Assembly: GCA_019417865.1 (NCBI GenBank)
Contig: DYCW01000432.1
Coordinates: forward strand, 1 to 51,348
Source: Ruminococcus sp.
Lineage (GTDB): Bacteria; Bacillota; Clostridia; Oscillospirales; Ruminococcaceae
Length of the DNA: 51,348 nucleotides
Reading direction: 5' to 3'
Shown here: piece after piece, positions 48,985 through 51,348 of the stretch
How positions within the stretch are numbered: position 1 is the first letter of the stretch
Layout of the letters: the number at the start of each line of letters is the position of its first letter
Position numbers and translations under genes: made by a program
The notes under the pieces: generated by a model
Told to the model about the DNA's origin: nothing
Seen by the model: the letters and a program-made list of their open reading frames with translations, nothing else
The model's database searches: none

Positions 48985-49809
48985 GTGTTTCCAATCATAG
49001 AAAAAACAGTACTGAATCCGGCTGTTGTAAAGATTAAGCTGGAGGCACCGCTGATTGCAAGAAAAGTATTACCGGGACAGTTTATCATTTTCCGTGTGGA
49101 TGAATATGGAGAGCGTGTGCCGCTCACAGTGGCGGATTACGATCGGGAAGCTGGTACTATCACATTGATTTTCCAGATCGTTGGACATTCCACAGAACGA
49201 CTGGCAGCCCTGAATGCAGGAGATTCCATTCTGGATCTGGTTGGTCCACTCGGCGTGGCAACGGAAATTCCAGAAAATGTGCAGTCGGTTTGTGTAGTAG
49301 GAGGTGGCGTTGGCTGTGCCATTGCCTATCCGCAGGCAAAGCAGCTGTTTGCAATGGGCAAGCAGGTGGATGTGATTGCTGGATTCCGCAGTAAAGATAT
49401 TGTGATTCTGGAGGATGAGTTCCGTCAGTGCAGTAACAATCTGTATTTGTGTACGGATGACGGCACATATGGGCAGAAAGGGTTTGTAACCAATGTGCTG
49501 CAAGAACAAATAGATGCTGGAAAGCATTATGATATGGTAATTGCTATCGGACCGATTCCGATGATGAAATTTGTTTCTAAAGTGACAGAACCATATGGGA
49601 TTCCAACAATTGTTTCTTTGAATCCGATCATGGTAGATGGGACAGGCATGTGCGGCGGCTGCCGTGTCACGGTCGGCGGAGAAATCAAGTATGCTTGTGT
49701 AGATGGTCCAGACTTTGATGGTCACAAGGTAGATTATGACGAATTGATGCGGCGTGACGGTACGTATCGGGAAGAAGAACACGCTTGCAGAATGCAGAAA
49801 ATGCAGTAA
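48985..49809 (+). CDS. nfnA: NfnA/SudB-type FAD/NAD-binding [2Fe-2S] subunit
   Basis: PGQFII, GERVPLT, GPLG, GGGVG, MVDGTGMCGGCRV, ACVDGPDFD. Confidence 0.88.
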   Translation: MFPIIEKTVLNPAVVKIKLEAPLIARKVLPGQFIIFRVDEYGERVPLTVADYDREAGTITLIFQIVGHSTERLAALNAGDSILDLVGPLGVATEIPENVQSVCVVGGGVGCAIAYPQAKQLFAMGKQVDVIAGFRSKDIVILEDEFRQCSNNLYLCTDDGTYGQKGFVTNVLQEQIDAGKHYDMVIAIGPIPMMKFVSKVTEPYGIPTIVSLNPIMVDGTGMCGGCRVTVGGEIKYACVDGPDFDGHKVDYDELMRRDGTYREEEHACRMQKMQ

Positions 49810-49855
49810 TGAAGGAAAGGAGTGCCGTTCCAAAACTGGAACGGTAAAAAGAACA

Positions 49856-51256
49856 ATGGCAAAAGCAAATATGGCACTGGAAAAAGTGCCGATGCCGGAA
49901 CGGGATCCGAAAGAGCGTGCCGCTTGCTTTGAAGAAGTGGCAACTGGCTATACACCGGAAATGGCGATGGAAGAAGCAACTCGCTGCCTGCAATGCAAGG
50001 CAAAGCCCTGTGTGACCGGATGTCCGGTGGGGGTAAAAATTCCGGATTTTATTCAAAAAATGGCAGAAGGCAATTTTCTGGAGGCTTATCAGATCATTAC
50101 AACAACCAACAGCCTGCCAGCGGTCTGCGGCAGAGTCTGCCCGCAGGAATCGCAGTGTGAAGGAAAATGTGTCCGTGGAAAGAAGGGACAGCCGGTCGGC
50201 ATTGGTCGGCTGGAACGCTTTGCAGCAGACTATGCAAGAGAACACGGTAATCTGCAAACGAAGCCAGTACCGTTCAATGGTCACAAGGTTGCTGTGGTCG
50301 GCGGCGGTCCAGCCGGTCTGACCTGTGCCGGTGATTTGGCACGGTTGGGTTATCAGGTGACAGTATTTGAGGCATTTCAGGTTGCTGGCGGTGTGCTGAT
50401 GTACGGCATTCCGGAATTCCGTTTGCCGAAAAAAATTGTACAGCAGGAAATCAAGACGCTGGAAGAACTGGGCGTAGAAATCCGTCCAAATATGGTAATT
50501 GGTAAAATTCTTTCGATTGATGAGCTGATGGAAGACGGTTACGAGGCTGTTTTTGTCGGTTCCGGTGCAGGTCTGCCTCGGTTTATGGGCATTCCGGGAG
50601 AATCATTGGTAGGTGTTTGCTCTGCCAATGAATATCTGACCCGTATCAATTTGATGAAGGGCTACCGGAAGGAATATGATACACCAGTGATTAAGTCCAG
50701 AGCCGTTGCCGTAGTCGGCGGCGGTAATGTGGCAATGGATGCCGCAAGAAGTGCCCTGCGGATGGGAGCGGAGCATGTTTACATTGTATATCGTCGTTCC
50801 GAAGCGGAAATGCCGGCAAGACAGGAAGAAGTCCATCATGCAAAAGAAGAGGGTGTGGAATTTCTGACTTTAAACAATCCAGTAGAGATTCTCGGCGATG
50901 AAAAAACTGGTCGGGTCAGTGGGATGAAATGCATCAAGATGGAACTGGGCGAACCGGATGAAAGCGGCAGACGGCGGCCGGTTGCCATACCGGGTAGTGA
51001 ATATGTGCTGGATGTGGATACGGTTATCATGTCGATTGGGACTTCTCCGAATCCGCTGATTCGTACGACAACGGCTGGTCTGGAGGCAAATAAGCGTGGT
51101 TGTCTGATTGTGAACGAGGACACTATGCAAACCACAAAGGACGGTGTTTATGCCGGCGGTGATGCGGTAACTGGTGCAGCAACGGTGATTCTGGCAATGG
51201 GAGCTGGTAAAAAAGCAGCAGCCTCCATTGACGAATATATCAAATCAAAAGCATAA
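49856..51256 (+). CDS. nfnB: NfnB / GltD-like NADPH-dependent Fe-S flavoprotein (electron-bifurcating transhydrogenase large subunit)
   Basis: RCLQC, CVTGCPV, CGRVCPQESQCE, GGGPAG, GGGNVAMDAAR, AGGDAVTG; paired with nfnA, no gltB adjacent. Confidence 0.88.
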   Translation: MAKANMALEKVPMPERDPKERAACFEEVATGYTPEMAMEEATRCLQCKAKPCVTGCPVGVKIPDFIQKMAEGNFLEAYQIITTTNSLPAVCGRVCPQESQCEGKCVRGKKGQPVGIGRLERFAADYAREHGNLQTKPVPFNGHKVAVVGGGPAGLTCAGDLARLGYQVTVFEAFQVAGGVLMYGIPEFRLPKKIVQQEIKTLEELGVEIRPNMVIGKILSIDELMEDGYEAVFVGSGAGLPRFMGIPGESLVGVCSANEYLTRINLMKGYRKEYDTPVIKSRAVAVVGGGNVAMDAARSALRMGAEHVYIVYRRSEAEMPARQEEVHHAKEEGVEFLTLNNPVEILGDEKTGRVSGMKCIKMELGEPDESGRRRPVAIPGSEYVLDVDTVIMSIGTSPNPLIRTTTAGLEANKRGCLIVNEDTMQTTKDGVYAGGDAVTGAATVILAMGAGKKAAASIDEYIKSKA

Positions 51257-51282
51257 GGCATAGCCGGAAAGGAAGGAAAGCA

Positions 51283-51348
51283 ATGAGAAAAAAGATTGCG
51301 AAATATGGATTGACTGCGAGTGCAGCAGCACTGGCAGGCGTACTTAGC
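51283..51348 (+). CDS. 5' end of a secreted or membrane protein, truncated by the window edge
   Basis: AAGGAAGGA RBS; MRKKIAKYGLTASAAALAGVLS signal-peptide-like start. Confidence 0.65.
   Translation, partial: MRKKIAKYGLTASAAALAGVLS

Noticed and set aside
49856..51256. True glutamate synthase
   Set aside because: No adjacent gltB large subunit; pairing with an NfnA-type gene favours NfnAB.

Overview
Chromosomal window from a spore-forming Firmicute, most likely Ruminococcus or a related Oscillospiraceae (dockerin, spoIIR, gene order). Most of it is + strand housekeeping genes: lepA-hemW, rlmB, infC-rpmI-rplT behind an L20 leader, dprA-topA-trmFO-plsX-rnc-smc-ftsY, rdgB-yhbY-nadD-yqeK-LCP-rsfS, leuS, rpsU, yqeG-aroQ-pepP, efp and nfnAB. 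A ~5.7 kb accessory block splits the usual pepP-efp pair. It holds a CbrC-family gene, a truncated lipoprotein, a CapA lipoprotein, an LRR-dockerin protein and a complete IS200/IS605 element (tnpA+tnpB). Less obvious signals: (1) a 291-bp MITE-like element with 16-bp TIRs and a 10-bp direct repeat between two back-to-back promoters; (2) a 1144-aa protein whose C-terminal half is a P1B-ATPase fold missing all catalytic motifs, fused to a repetitive disordered N-terminus; (3) five co-oriented DnaA boxes with no dnaA in the window; (4) a duplicated terminator-promoter-signal-peptide module on unrelated lipoproteins; (5) a long structured rpsU leader; (6) a hairpin-split ribosome-binding site before nfnB. 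No tRNA, rRNA or CRISPR array was seen. All assignments come from reading motifs by eye; no searches were run.
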